Positions 30,738 through 41,124 of a DNA stretch of 52,641 bases are shown here, piece by piece. Within the stretch, counting starts at the first letter, position 1; each line of letters opens with the position of its first letter. The translations under genes and the position numbers were made by a program. The notes beneath the pieces are model-generated. The model did not search any database and was not told where the DNA came from. It saw only the letters and a list, made by a program, of their open reading frames with translations. Source of the DNA: Ferroacidibacillus organovorans (GTDB lineage Bacteria; Bacillota; Bacilli; Alicyclobacillales; SLC66); contig NZ_LSUQ01000016.1 in the NCBI RefSeq assembly GCF_001642725.1, forward strand, positions 1 to 52,641, read 5' to 3'.

Positions 30738-31718
30738 TTAAAGTGCGAGTGCCGCTTCAAAACCTGTCAGCACACGCTCCGTGCTGGGAAGCCACTCTTC
30801 TTCAATTTGCGCAAACGGATAGATCGTGTCAGGCGCTGTAATGCGTTTGACCGGTCCTTCAAGATGGTAAATTGCATGCTCATTGATTTGCGCGACAATC
30901 TCCGCCCCTGCGCCAGCCGTGCGCTGTGCCTCTTGCAAAACGACGGCACGGTGCGTTTTTTTAATTGACTCGACAATCGTTTCAATATCAATCGGACTGA
31001 TCGTGCGCAAATCGATGATCTCCGCCTCGACGCCCTTTTGTTTCGACCATTGATCCGCCGCTTTAAGCGCTGTGTGAACCATCGCGCCATAGGCAATAAC
31101 CGTCAGATCTTTGCCGGGACGAACGACGGCCGCTTTTCCGAGTGGCAATGTGTACGCCTCTTCGGGTACTTCCACGCGCATGGAGCGATAGAGCTTCATG
31201 TGCTCCAAAAAAAACACTGGATCATTGTCGCGAATCGCGGAAATGAGCAGACCCTTTGCGTCATACGGATTGGAGGGAATAACCACCTTTAAGCCAGGCG
31301 TTTGCATGAGAAGTCCCTCAAGACTGTCAGCGTGCATCTCCGGCGTCTTTACGCCGCCGCCAAACGGCGCGCGATAGACGATCGGCGATGTGTAGCGTCC
31401 ACCTGAACGAAAGCGCATGCGCGCAGCCTGCCCTGCGATTTCATCCATGGCTTCAAAGACAAACCCGAAAAACTGAATTTCTGCAATCGGGCGAAACCCT
31501 TGCAATGCGAGTCCTGTCGCCAATCCTGCAATACCCGACTCGGCGAGTGGTGTGTCAAACACCCGTTGATCTCCGTACTTTTTTTGCAATCCGTCCGTCG
31601 CTCGAAAAACGCCCCCGCTCTGACCGACGTCCTCTCCGAACAAAAGCACGTTTGAATCGCGCGCAAGCTCATTGTCAAGCGCGCTGGTGACCGCTTGAAT
31701 CATCGTCATCTGTGCCAC
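30738..31718 (-). CDS. pdhB: Pyruvate dehydrogenase E1 beta
   Basis: [35 protein letters not shown]. Confidence 0.95.
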   Translation of the reverse strand: MAQMTMIQAVTSALDNELARDSNVLLFGEDVGQSGGVFRATDGLQKKYGDQRVFDTPLAESGIAGLATGLALQGFRPIAEIQFFGFVFEAMDEIAGQAARMRFRSGGRYTSPIVYRAPFGGGVKTPEMHADSLEGLLMQTPGLKVVIPSNPYDAKGLLISAIRDNDPVFFLEHMKLYRSMRVEVPEEAYTLPLGKAAVVRPGKDLTVIAYGAMVHTALKAADQWSKQKGVEAEIIDLRTISPIDIETIVESIKKTHRAVVLQEAQRTAGAGAEIVAQINEHAIYHLEGPVKRITAPDTIYPFAQIEEEWLPSTERVLTGFEAALAL

Positions 31719-31731
31719 GAAAGTTTCCTCC

Positions 31732-32799
<1,068 letters not shown>

Positions 32800-32903
32800 T
32801 CACCCCAACGTCTTCGGATTTTCCATCGTGTGAAACAGATGATGATCATAGTATAATACAGTTCAGGTAATCTTGCGAATATCTTTTTAAAGGCGTGAGG
32901 AAA

Positions 32904-33626
32904 ATGGCTCAAAATGACGGATTGGCAAGGAAAGTGGTCTCGCACACCATCACCAGTCAAGCGTTAAACGAAGCGCGTGATTTGAAGGTTTACATTCCAC
33001 CAGATGGAGAGGATACAAAACACCCCATCCTTTACTGCCACGATGGACGGGAATTTTTTACACACGGGAGAATTGCAACCATTGCGCATCGCCTGATCAC
33101 AAGCGGACAACTCCAGCCGATGTACATCGTGGGGATGGCGGTCAACCCCGCTCATCGAACAGACGACTATGCGTATCACGGGGTGCGTAGCGCTGCGTAT
33201 GGTGAGTTTGTCCTAAACGAATGCGTTCCTTTCATCGAAAATCTCTACGCAATCGATCAGACATCCCGCTATATGGCAGGTGTCTCACTCGGTGCCGCAG
33301 CCACTTTGCGCATTGTCGCGCACGACGATGAAGCATTTACCAAAATGTTGCTTTTTTCAGGGGCGTTTTACGAAGACGTCCTTCGCGCAATCGATCGCAA
33401 TGCGCTCCTTTTATCATCCGGAGCGTACTGGATGTGTGTCGGGGAGCAAGAGACTGAGGTAAAGACGCCGACAGGAACATACGACTTCCTTGAGGCCAGC
33501 CGCGTCGCCGCGTCGCGTCTGCGGGCGCAAGGCGCAAACGTGACGTATCGCGAGGCGCCCGGTCAGCATTTGTGGGGATTCTGGCAATCCCAGTTGCCAG
33601 ACGCACTCACCTGGCTAAACAAATAA
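32904..33626 (+). CDS. Alpha/beta hydrolase (YjcH/esterase-like)
   Basis: ILYCHDG, AGVSLGA, GQHLWGFWQ. Confidence 0.82.
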   Translation: MAQNDGLARKVVSHTITSQALNEARDLKVYIPPDGEDTKHPILYCHDGREFFTHGRIATIAHRLITSGQLQPMYIVGMAVNPAHRTDDYAYHGVRSAAYGEFVLNECVPFIENLYAIDQTSRYMAGVSLGAAATLRIVAHDDEAFTKMLLFSGAFYEDVLRAIDRNALLLSSGAYWMCVGEQETEVKTPTGTYDFLEASRVAASRLRAQGANVTYREAPGQHLWGFWQSQLPDALTWLNK

Positions 33627-33689
33627 GCAGGAGGCGCGGACAGCAAGTTTTTTTGCGCCGCGCCAGAGCGATCCCCTCTCGCGATCTTC

Positions 33690-34694
33690 CTAGATCTCTG
33701 AGACTTGCACCAATTGTTTACCGATGTTATCCCCGCGAAACAATCCAAGAAACGCGTCCACCGCGTGTTCGAGGCCTTGCACGATCGTCTCTCTGTTTTT
33801 GAGCTGCCCTTCCCGGTACCACGTCGCCAGTTCACGCAGCGCCTCGTCGTGACAATGCGCGTAGTCATTCACGATGAACCCTTTCATGAGCGCGCTGCGA
33901 ATCAACAGGAGTGTCTGCGGACGCGGGCCAAGATCAGGTTTCTCCAGATTGTACTCTGCGATCCGTCCGCACAGAATGATGCGCGCCCCTTTGTTTATCA
34001 GCAGCAAGACATCATCGCTAATGGAACCGCCCACGTTGTCAAAATAGACGTCAACGCCATCCTTGCACACCCGCCTAAGTGCGTCGCGCATCGAGGATTC
34101 CGTTTTATAATTGATCGTTTCATCAAACCCACACACGTTTTTGAGATACTCGTTTTTCTCATCACTACCGGCGATCCCAACGACGCGGCACCCTTTTAAC
34201 TTGGCGATCTGTCCAACCAGCATGCCAACCGCACCCGCCGCGCCAGAGACGACAACCGTTTCTCCCGCTTTTGGCTCGCCAATCTTTAAAAGGCCGCAAT
34301 ACGCGGTGAGTCCCGGCATGCCAAGGACGCCAAGCGCCGTGCTCGGCGGCGCAAGTGACGGATCAAGTTTGCGCAGGTGTTTGCCATTCACGCGTGAATA
34401 GTCTTGCCAACCGAGCATGCCAAGAACCATGTCACCTTCTTCAAACGCATTGTGACGTGATGCCACGACGCGACCGACAACACCTCCCTGCAAAACCTCG
34501 TCGAGCGCAAACGGCGGAACGTAGGATTTGGTGTCATTCATCCGCCCGCGCATATAGGGGTCGACGGATAGATAGACTGTTCGCACAACCACCTCGCCCT
34601 CGCTCGGTGTCGGTATTGCCTCTTCACGCCATGCAAATGAATCCTCTTGCGGCAAGCCTTTGGGGCGTTTTGCGAGCACCACTTGTCGATTCAT
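33690..34694 (-). CDS. NADP-dependent oxidoreductase (CurA/prostaglandin reductase-like MDR)
   Basis: YLSVDPYMRGRM, LGMPGLTAY, VSGAAGAVG, YFDNVGG. Confidence 0.9.
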   Translation of the reverse strand: MNRQVVLAKRPKGLPQEDSFAWREEAIPTPSEGEVVVRTVYLSVDPYMRGRMNDTKSYVPPFALDEVLQGGVVGRVVASRHNAFEEGDMVLGMLGWQDYSRVNGKHLRKLDPSLAPPSTALGVLGMPGLTAYCGLLKIGEPKAGETVVVSGAAGAVGMLVGQIAKLKGCRVVGIAGSDEKNEYLKNVCGFDETINYKTESSMRDALRRVCKDGVDVYFDNVGGSISDDVLLLINKGARIILCGRIAEYNLEKPDLGPRPQTLLLIRSALMKGFIVNDYAHCHDEALRELATWYREGQLKNRETIVQGLEHAVDAFLGLFRGDNIGKQLVQVSEI

Positions 34695-34783
34695 GACTGT
34701 ATCGAATGCCTCCTTCGTTCACGATCTAGCCATCGCTTACGTGACCCACTATACTACATGTCATAACGAAGTGAATCTTAGGA

Positions 34784-35704
34784 GTGAGTACATTGAAACG
34801 TATCATGCGACACAACGAAATCCCCTTGGTCTCCACGTTCTCCATCGTCGCTTACGATGAAGCGACCGCCGAGATCGGCGTTGCCGTCCAATCGAAATTT
34901 TTGGCCGTTGGCGCAGTGGTTCCATCTGCCAATGCAGATGCGGGCGCCATCGCCACACAGTCATTTGCCAACACATCGTTTGGCCCCCGCGGCCTCGCCG
35001 CGTTAAAGCTTGGAAACTCGCCTGCTGACGTACTCGCGGATCTCCTGCGCGATGACCCCGCGCGCGAATTGCGGCAGGTTGGGATCGTGAATGCCCGCGG
35101 GCAAAGCGCGACATTCACAGGAAAAGACTGTTTTCCGTATGCGGGTGGCATTGCTGAACACGGATTCGCAGCACAAGGCAACACCCTTCACGGCCCTGGC
35201 GTCGTCGAGGCTATCGCCGAATCGTTTCGCGCCTCAAAAGGACCACTCTCCGAACGATTGATCGCAGCACTTGCGGCGGGCCAAGAGGCGGGCGGAGATC
35301 GACGCGGCATGCAATCTGCGTCGCTATTGATTGTAAAAGAAAACGGTGGATACGGCGGATTTAATGATCGCGCGATCGATCTGCGCGTTGACGATCACGA
35401 TCAGCCCATCGCCGAACTCGCGCGCCTGCTCACACTGCACAGACTCTATTTCGAACGGACACGCGAAGAAGACCGTCTCCCACTCACAGGAGAACACCTG
35501 GAGGAAGTGATCGTCACACTGTGCGCCCTAGGATACCTCCCTGCCGGAGACCACGACATGGACGCAGTAAAAAAAGCGCTGTTCTCCTACATCGGCACCG
35601 AAAACTTTGACGAGCGCTGGTGTGAAGATGCAATCATTGATCGCAAGGTGCTTGAATTCATGAAAAATCAGATGGCCACTCAAAATAACAGATCTCATGC
35701 ATAG
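34784..35704 (+). CDS. DUF1028 (Ntn-hydrolase-like) protein with C-terminal peptidoglycan-binding-like domain
   Basis: TFSIVA...GVAVQSKFLAVG, GAIATQS, AGGDRRGMQSA, DLRVDDH, ENFDER. Confidence 0.85.
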   Translation: MSTLKRIMRHNEIPLVSTFSIVAYDEATAEIGVAVQSKFLAVGAVVPSANADAGAIATQSFANTSFGPRGLAALKLGNSPADVLADLLRDDPARELRQVGIVNARGQSATFTGKDCFPYAGGIAEHGFAAQGNTLHGPGVVEAIAESFRASKGPLSERLIAALAAGQEAGGDRRGMQSASLLIVKENGGYGGFNDRAIDLRVDDHDQPIAELARLLTLHRLYFERTREEDRLPLTGEHLEEVIVTLCALGYLPAGDHDMDAVKKALFSYIGTENFDERWCEDAIIDRKVLEFMKNQMATQNNRSHA

Positions 35705-35883
35705 GACAGATTCTCGCAAAAAAGATGTAAAATTGTAGGATGAAATGGTAAGATGATCTAAGATTCGTTTGATTTTCAGAGCTTAGACCGTTTACCGACA
35801 GCCAAGAATTTATCATCCCCTACACGTATATACATGAGGCTCGAATTACAAGAAAACTTCTGATTCGGAAAGCGTGATCCCCT

Positions 35884-36897
35884 ATGAAAACGGACCCTAA
35901 TTTTTTGCGGCTTCTAATCGGTAAAGTATTAAAAGATGACATGATCAGCCAGTACGGGTCAATCGTCCTTCCACGAGACAAAGTGCTCGATGAGGACGAT
36001 ATTCGCAAAGCGATGAAGCACCCTGTGCTCTATCAGAGCAGAAGAGACGACCCCGATCCATTCAATTATCAAAAAACTGTTAATGAGGCAACGATTCAAC
36101 TTCAAGAAATCTTTCGCTACGCGCGCCATCACAACCGCATTCCACTCGACGAAGTGCAGCGTAGATTCTGTCCCATGGTACGTGAGATAAGCGCAAACCC
36201 CACCCTGAACAAACTTCTTCAGGCGCTTCAGGCAAAAGATGACTATACCATTCGGCACAGTGTGGCTGTCAGTATCTTGTCTACGCTGATTGCGACGTGG
36301 ATGGGTGTGGGCGACTCCGATCTCGCGTCCATCACGCTCGCCGCGACCCTTCACGATATCGGTAAAATGCGCGTGTCAGATGATATCCTCAACAAGCCCG
36401 GAAGACTTACGCAAGAAGAGTATGCGGAAATGCAAAAGCACACCATCTACGGCTACCAGATGCTCAAAGAAACGGTGGGCGCATCCCACAGACAAGCACT
36501 GGTTGCACTCCAGCACCATGAGCGCATGGACGGTACAGGCTATCCGCTACACCTCGCATCAAATCAAATTTCGCTTTTTGCGCGGATTGTGTCCATTGCC
36601 GATGTTTTTCACGCCATGAGTTCAAAACGGATTTACCACGACGAACTGCCACTCTATCAAGTGCTTGACGAGCTACAGTCTGGAATGTTCGGGAAGTTTG
36701 ACGCAGAAATCGGAAATACGTTTCTCGTGCGCATGATGGAGACACTGGTTGGGGACGACGTCATCTTGACGGACGGACGGATCGGTACAATTCTTCTGAT
36801 TCATCGACACGATCCGGTGCGCCCCTTGTTGCAAATGGAAAGTGACTACGTTGACCTGAGCACGCAATACCATCTAAGAATCGCTTCCGTGATTTAA
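35884..36897 (+). CDS. HD-GYP domain cyclic dinucleotide phosphodiesterase
   Basis: DDYTIRHS, LHDIGK, HHERMDGTGYP, IADVFHAM. Confidence 0.9.
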   Translation: MKTDPNFLRLLIGKVLKDDMISQYGSIVLPRDKVLDEDDIRKAMKHPVLYQSRRDDPDPFNYQKTVNEATIQLQEIFRYARHHNRIPLDEVQRRFCPMVREISANPTLNKLLQALQAKDDYTIRHSVAVSILSTLIATWMGVGDSDLASITLAATLHDIGKMRVSDDILNKPGRLTQEEYAEMQKHTIYGYQMLKETVGASHRQALVALQHHERMDGTGYPLHLASNQISLFARIVSIADVFHAMSSKRIYHDELPLYQVLDELQSGMFGKFDAEIGNTFLVRMMETLVGDDVILTDGRIGTILLIHRHDPVRPLLQMESDYVDLSTQYHLRIASVI

Positions 36898-37026
36898 ACG
36901 CCCCGATCCCTTACGATGTATTCGGCAGCGATTTCGGCAGCACGCAAGGTAACCCTTCATCAAGACAAACCAAAACGGCTCTCTCCAAAACGGAGGAAGC
37001 CGCATTCTTGCACGGATGTTCTGCAA

Positions 37027-37109
37027 TGCCGAGGACGGGACTTGAACCCGTACGGGGTTTCCCCCAGCGGATTTTAAGTCCGCAGCGTCTGCCATTCCGC
37101 CACCCCGGC
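37027..37109 (-). tRNA. tRNA-Leu(TAA)
   Basis: GCCGGGGTGGCGGAATGGCAGACGCTGCGGAC-TTAAAA-TCCGC, long variable arm, GTTCAAGTCC; CCA not encoded. Confidence 0.95.
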
Positions 37110-37186
37110 TTGTATAAATTTAAAGTATCACAGAATGTTTTCTAAGGTCAAATCACAGAATCGTCCCTGTTACCAAAATTTATCGC

Positions 37187-37348
37187 TCAGTCCGTTTCTG
37201 CCGCCTCTTCATTCATCATACGAGAGTTGATGGTGAGCCCAATCGCAACGATAATCGCCCCAATGATCAGCATCCATTGTCCACCAGCAACCATGCGAGC
37301 CGTGTATGCCGAAATTTGAGCCCTTTCTTTCGCAGTTCGTTTTGCCAT
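37187..37348 (-). CDS. Hypothetical small single-TM protein (53 aa)
   Basis: MAKRTAKERAQISAYTARMVAGGQWMLIIGAIIVAIGLTINSRMMNEEAAETD; basic N-terminus, one TM, plausible RBS. Confidence 0.45.
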   Translation of the reverse strand: MAKRTAKERAQISAYTARMVAGGQWMLIIGAIIVAIGLTINSRMMNEEAAETD

Positions 37349-37478
37349 CGATTCCCACGTCCTGTCTTTGTCACACTCACTTCTACAAACTATGCGGCAG
37401 AACAAGGAGAAGCTTGCACGTTTCCACTGCTACACAAAAAGAATTCACCAAATGGTGAATTCTCCTCAAGTCCGAATA

Positions 37479-37553
37479 TGGAGCGGAAGACGGGATTCGA
37501 ACCCGCGACCCTCGCCTTGGCAAGGCGATGCTCTACCCCTGAGCCACTTCCGC
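37479..37553 (-). tRNA. tRNA-Gly(GCC)
   Basis: GCGGAAGTGGCTCAGGGGTAGAGC...CCTTGCCAAGG...GTTCGAATCCCGTCTTCCGCTCCA. Confidence 0.96.
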
Positions 37554-37562
37554 ACAACATCA

Positions 37563-37638
<76 letters not shown>

Positions 37639-37666
37639 GCTAAGACCTATATAAGATAGCGCATTC

Positions 37667-38485
37667 TCATGAATTTGTCAATTCATCGAGGCTTCGATCG
37701 TCATCGCCTAACCGCGGGATTGGTTGTTTAAACACGTGCTGATCTCCTGGCTCCAACCATAAGATTCGCTCTTCCAACCCCGCCTGTTTTGCGAGCTCGC
37801 GCAGGACAAGCGGGGGTTCATGAATCTCTTCTCGCGTCAGCTTAAAAGCCCCCCAGTGTATCGGCAACATGAAGGTCGCTTTTACATCCACGAAGGTTTT
37901 TAACGCATCGTCCGGATCCATATGCATCATGTGAAACCACTCGCGCGGTTCATACGCACCAATCGGGATCAGCGCGACATCTGGCGACGTCCCCTGCATG
38001 CCTTTTAAAAAGTCACTGCGGTACCCGGTATCTCCCGCAAACCAAAATCGATGGCTCGCGCTGTTTACAAAGATGCCCGCAGACGAGCGATACCGTTCGA
38101 GCCAGCGTTTCCCCCTGTGATTGACAGGGGTAAGGCTATATGTGAAACCGTCAAGCGTAATCGTTTCATCACGGCCCAACTCGTGAATGTGAACAAACCC
38201 GAGATCGTGAAGCAGAGATAAATGCCCGCGAGGACAAATCACAATCGCCTTACTCTTGCGGGCGATTTTTTTGAGCGTTGGTCGATCCAAATGATCCCAG
38301 TGAGCGTGGGACAACAGTACGACATCGATAGAGGACAGATCTTCATCCGTATACCCCGCGGCGCGCTTTCTTCGCACGACCAACGCGCGGTTGGAAACAA
38401 TCGGGTCCGTAATAAAACGTTTGCCATCCACTTCAACGAGCACTGTGGAATGTCCTATGAATTTATAGCGAATCAGGGTAATCAC
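37667..38485 (-). CDS. MBL-fold metallo-hydrolase (NAPE-PLD/RomA-like)
   Basis: GHST, LSHAHWDHLD (HxHxDH), FAGDTGY, PIGAYEP, PIHWGAF; the ORF track's upstream extension overlaps tRNA-Asp and is spurious. Confidence 0.85.
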   Translation of the reverse strand: MITLIRYKFIGHSTVLVEVDGKRFITDPIVSNRALVVRRKRAAGYTDEDLSSIDVVLLSHAHWDHLDRPTLKKIARKSKAIVICPRGHLSLLHDLGFVHIHELGRDETITLDGFTYSLTPVNHRGKRWLERYRSSAGIFVNSASHRFWFAGDTGYRSDFLKGMQGTSPDVALIPIGAYEPREWFHMMHMDPDDALKTFVDVKATFMLPIHWGAFKLTREEIHEPPLVLRELAKQAGLEERILWLEPGDQHVFKQPIPRLGDDDRSLDELTNS

Positions 38486-38558
38486 CCTTTCTGAAAAGGG
38501 TAGACAGAGGGAGCCGCGCATATGCGACGGCTCCCGAACAACCCTTTTTAAACGAACA

Positions 38559-38635
38559 TGGCGGAGCTGACGGGATTCGAACCCGCGATCTCCTGCGTGA
38601 CAGGCAGGCATGTTAGGCCACTACACCACAGCTCC
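38559..38635 (-). tRNA. tRNA-Asp(GTC)
   Basis: GGAGCTGTGGTGTAGTGGCCTAACATGCCTGCCTGTCACGCAGG...GTTCGAATCCCGTCAGCTCCGCCA. Confidence 0.96.
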
Positions 38636-38643
38636 AAGTTTGT

Positions 38644-38718
38644 TGGTGGAGAATAGGGGACTTGAACCCCTGACCCCTGCGCTGCCAGCGCAGTGCTCTA
38701 CCACTGAGCTAATTCCCC
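38644..38718 (-). tRNA. tRNA-Ala(GGC)
   Basis: GGGGAATTAGCTCAGTGGTAGAGCACTGCGCTGGCAGCGCAG...ATTCTCCACCA; G3-U70 identity pair. Confidence 0.94.
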
Positions 38719-38759
38719 ACGTAAAGGTAACCCAACCAAGACAAATCTATTCACCCAGT

Positions 38760-38785
38760 GTGCTCTCCCATTGAGCTACGATCCT
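38760..38785 (-). pseudogene. 5' fragment of a tRNA gene (acceptor 5' strand and D arm only)
   Basis: AGGATCG-TA-GCTC-AATGGGA-GAGC-AC followed by non-tRNA sequence; lies between the promoter (TTGTGT-17-TATACT) and tRNA-Ala. Confidence 0.6.
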
Positions 38786-38983
38786 CAAAACGAACACAAA
38801 CGATAGTATACAACGCCATTGCGCAAAACACAACTGAGTTCAGTGGTATACATCCTCAGCCTCTCAGGAGATCACAGCATTTTCGCCTTCCTTGCAGAAC
38901 GATGGAGTATTTTATCCAAACTCGGGGAAACTGTGGGAATGCCCCTGCCTACCGCTATCCAAACGAAAGTGAAAGGAAGACGA

Positions 38984-39442
38984 ATGAAAATGACGAACAC
39001 ATTCCGCACAAAACGAACGATGCTACACATGGCGGCAAGCCTTTCCGTTATCGCCGCGTTGACTGTCTCAACAGCGCTTCCTTCCTTTGCAGAGACAGAG
39101 CGGCATACACACTTTGGACGCGAACACAATGTGATGGATAGCTCTGTGAAAGTTCCTCAGGAAACGGTCTCCCAGGCCATGCAGGCTGCTCGCGATGCGT
39201 TTAACCGCGTCCTTACACCTTTTGCGCGCATTACGCCTGAAGCTGCCAAAGCGGCCGCATTAAAAGAGGTAAAAGGCAGTCAATGCCAAGAAATCACACT
39301 CCATGTGATGAGACAAAATCTTGTCTATATCGCACTGCTGACAAAACCTGATGCGCGTTATATGGTGATCATTGATGCGGGAAACGGTAAGATTCTCGGC
39401 ATGCGACAAATGCACATGAAACACCACGCGCAGAGCTTTTGA
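38984..39442 (+). CDS. Secreted PepSY domain protein
   Basis: Signal peptide ending PSFA, 'ITPEAAKAAAL...LVY...VIIDAGNGKIL' PepSY motif; AAAGGA RBS. Confidence 0.78.
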   Translation: MKMTNTFRTKRTMLHMAASLSVIAALTVSTALPSFAETERHTHFGREHNVMDSSVKVPQETVSQAMQAARDAFNRVLTPFARITPEAAKAAALKEVKGSQCQEITLHVMRQNLVYIALLTKPDARYMVIIDAGNGKILGMRQMHMKHHAQSF

Positions 39443-39541
39443 TTGTTAAAAACGCACCTCAGGGGAATCCCCTGAGGTGCGCAAACACAAAATTGGTGGC
39501 ACACCGCGTCAAGCGTTTGGGCCACCTTCTTGTCTTTTATA

Positions 39542-39931
39542 CTACGATTGAAGAACCTCGATCTTCTGATTCGGCATCGCGATCGGACCAAGTCCTCGCG
39601 GCAATTCGACCGACTCGCGACGTGTCGCACCTAATGCTTTTGTGATCAAGTCACACGCTACGTTTGGATCGATGCGATCACCGCAAGTATACACATCAAT
39701 GCTTGCGTATCCATGCTCCGGAAAACTATGAATGGTCAGATGCGATTCCGAGATGATCACCACACCGCTCACACCTTGCGGAGCGAACTTGTGAAAAGCC
39801 ACCTCGCGAACTTCAGCCCCAGATTCGAGCGCCGCACTGACCATGACTCGCTCAATTCCATGAAAGTCGTTTAAAATATCGGCATTACATCCCCATAATT
39901 CTGCAATGACATGACGTCCTGCTGTATCCAT
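39542..39931 (-). CDS. speD: S-adenosylmethionine decarboxylase proenzyme
   Basis: [51 protein letters not shown]. Confidence 0.95.
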   Translation of the reverse strand: MDTAGRHVIAELWGCNADILNDFHGIERVMVSAALESGAEVREVAFHKFAPQGVSGVVIISESHLTIHSFPEHGYASIDVYTCGDRIDPNVACDLITKALGATRRESVELPRGLGPIAMPNQKIEVLQS

Positions 39932-40124
39932 AACAAAACGCCCCCCTTTGTAAGAGTTGCCCGTGCCCTCCCAAGCACGGCGGGACCGGGGCAATCCACC
40001 ACGGGGGAAAGTTAGTCCTGTGAGGTCCTAACCCTTTAAGAGGATGCTGGTTCCTATGAGACAGACTGAAGATATCGACGTGAGGTACGAGTGTTAGTAT
40101 AAGGTGGTGCTAAACAATTTGCAA
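39932..40124 (-). promoter_or_regulatory. SigA promoter and long structured speD 5' leader
   Basis: TTGCAA-17-TATACT about 160 nt upstream of the ATG; stem-loops and a CCCCC anti-SD. Confidence 0.55.
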
Positions 40125-40267
40125 CCTCTAACGAAAATAGACAGAAATCGTTCAACGACGTCAGCTACAACAACTAGCATATCCGAAATCCGCAAAAACG
40201 TTCCTCAGATGATCTTGGCGCAGTCACCAATTTTCAAAAGCTAAAGCAATCTGACGATCAGCACGCT

Positions 40268-40996
40268 TTAATCCCACATGGAGCGCATCGCGCCATACTC
40301 ACGCATCAAATTCTCATAAAGTTCAGGCTGCTCTCGCTTCAATTTCATCCTCATCCGTTTCCACGCGTGCGCCTCTGGCCCATAATAGTCATAGATTGTA
40401 TCCCACAGCTCTTCGTCCTGTTCACGAACGAGCTTGAACATCGCTTCGACGACCTGCCGAGTATCCATTTGTGCGCCCGGAGACCAAATCCGTTGAGGAA
40501 AGACCGCTTCAATCAAGCTCGTCAGATTAAAATCCAGCAGATAGTGAAGCTGGACTGACATCGGAGCGATCGTGCGCGCCGCCTGCAATCGCTTCTTTTG
40601 CATCGGGTCTTCGGTTTGCGGGTCGATGCCGTGAACGAGGTTTCTGTACGCTTTCAGATGCGCCTCTCCAAGTTCCCGATAAACAGGATCGTCATCCTCA
40701 GCCGGAGGGATAAACACGGTCGCCTCGTTCGCTCTGAGGCCGCCACACGCGCGCATGTTGAGTGTTGTATACGTCACCAGATGGTCATAGACCACTTTCG
40801 ATGTGCGAAACTCAAACCGGGCCGACTCCCCCCGAAAAATCGCAAGGGTATCCCCCTTTTTAATGATATTGATCGGTCGCTTGCGATTATCTGTATCAGG
40901 TTTTCCCAAATAGACTGCCGCCGCGTGCGCGAGAGAGCGGCGGTCTGGGTCTGTATAGCGAACCAGCGAAACTGAAAAATGATCCACAATCCTCAC
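40268..40996 (-). CDS. Divergent ThyX-fold (flavin-dependent thymidylate synthase-like) protein
   Basis: Pattern 'IIKKGD...FEF..SK.V.DHLV' and 'AAR.IAP......FN..SL....QR.....AQ...RQV...M..LV' follows the ThyX layout, but the RHRx7S motif is replaced. Confidence 0.55.
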   Translation of the reverse strand: MRIVDHFSVSLVRYTDPDRRSLAHAAAVYLGKPDTDNRKRPINIIKKGDTLAIFRGESARFEFRTSKVVYDHLVTYTTLNMRACGGLRANEATVFIPPAEDDDPVYRELGEAHLKAYRNLVHGIDPQTEDPMQKKRLQAARTIAPMSVQLHYLLDFNLTSLIEAVFPQRIWSPGAQMDTRQVVEAMFKLVREQDEELWDTIYDYYGPEAHAWKRMRMKLKREQPELYENLMREYGAMRSMWD

Positions 40997-41124
40997 CTCA
41001 ATCGAAAAGATACGTCGTGAAAACCTCCATCAAACTATATCACATCCTGCTCAAGAACCACGGCGATTTTCACGCGCGGATGATGGTATACTGAACAAAG
41101 AGATAAGACAAGGAAGGGATTCGC

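Noticed and set aside
35705..35883. Cyclic-di-GMP riboswitch upstream of the HD-GYP gene
   Set aside because: No recognisable GEMM stems or GNRA/receptor motif, and no expression-platform terminator visible
36898..37109. tRNA-Leu 3' end as an integration site for the HD-GYP region
   Set aside because: No integrase and no duplicated tRNA 3' end seen in the window
38486..38611. N-terminal extension of the MBL hydrolase in the ORF track
   Set aside because: It overlaps tRNA-Asp and its downstream hairpin; similar over-extended starts were trimmed for pheT, thrS, ytxC, speD, pstB, lgt and the M23 peptidase
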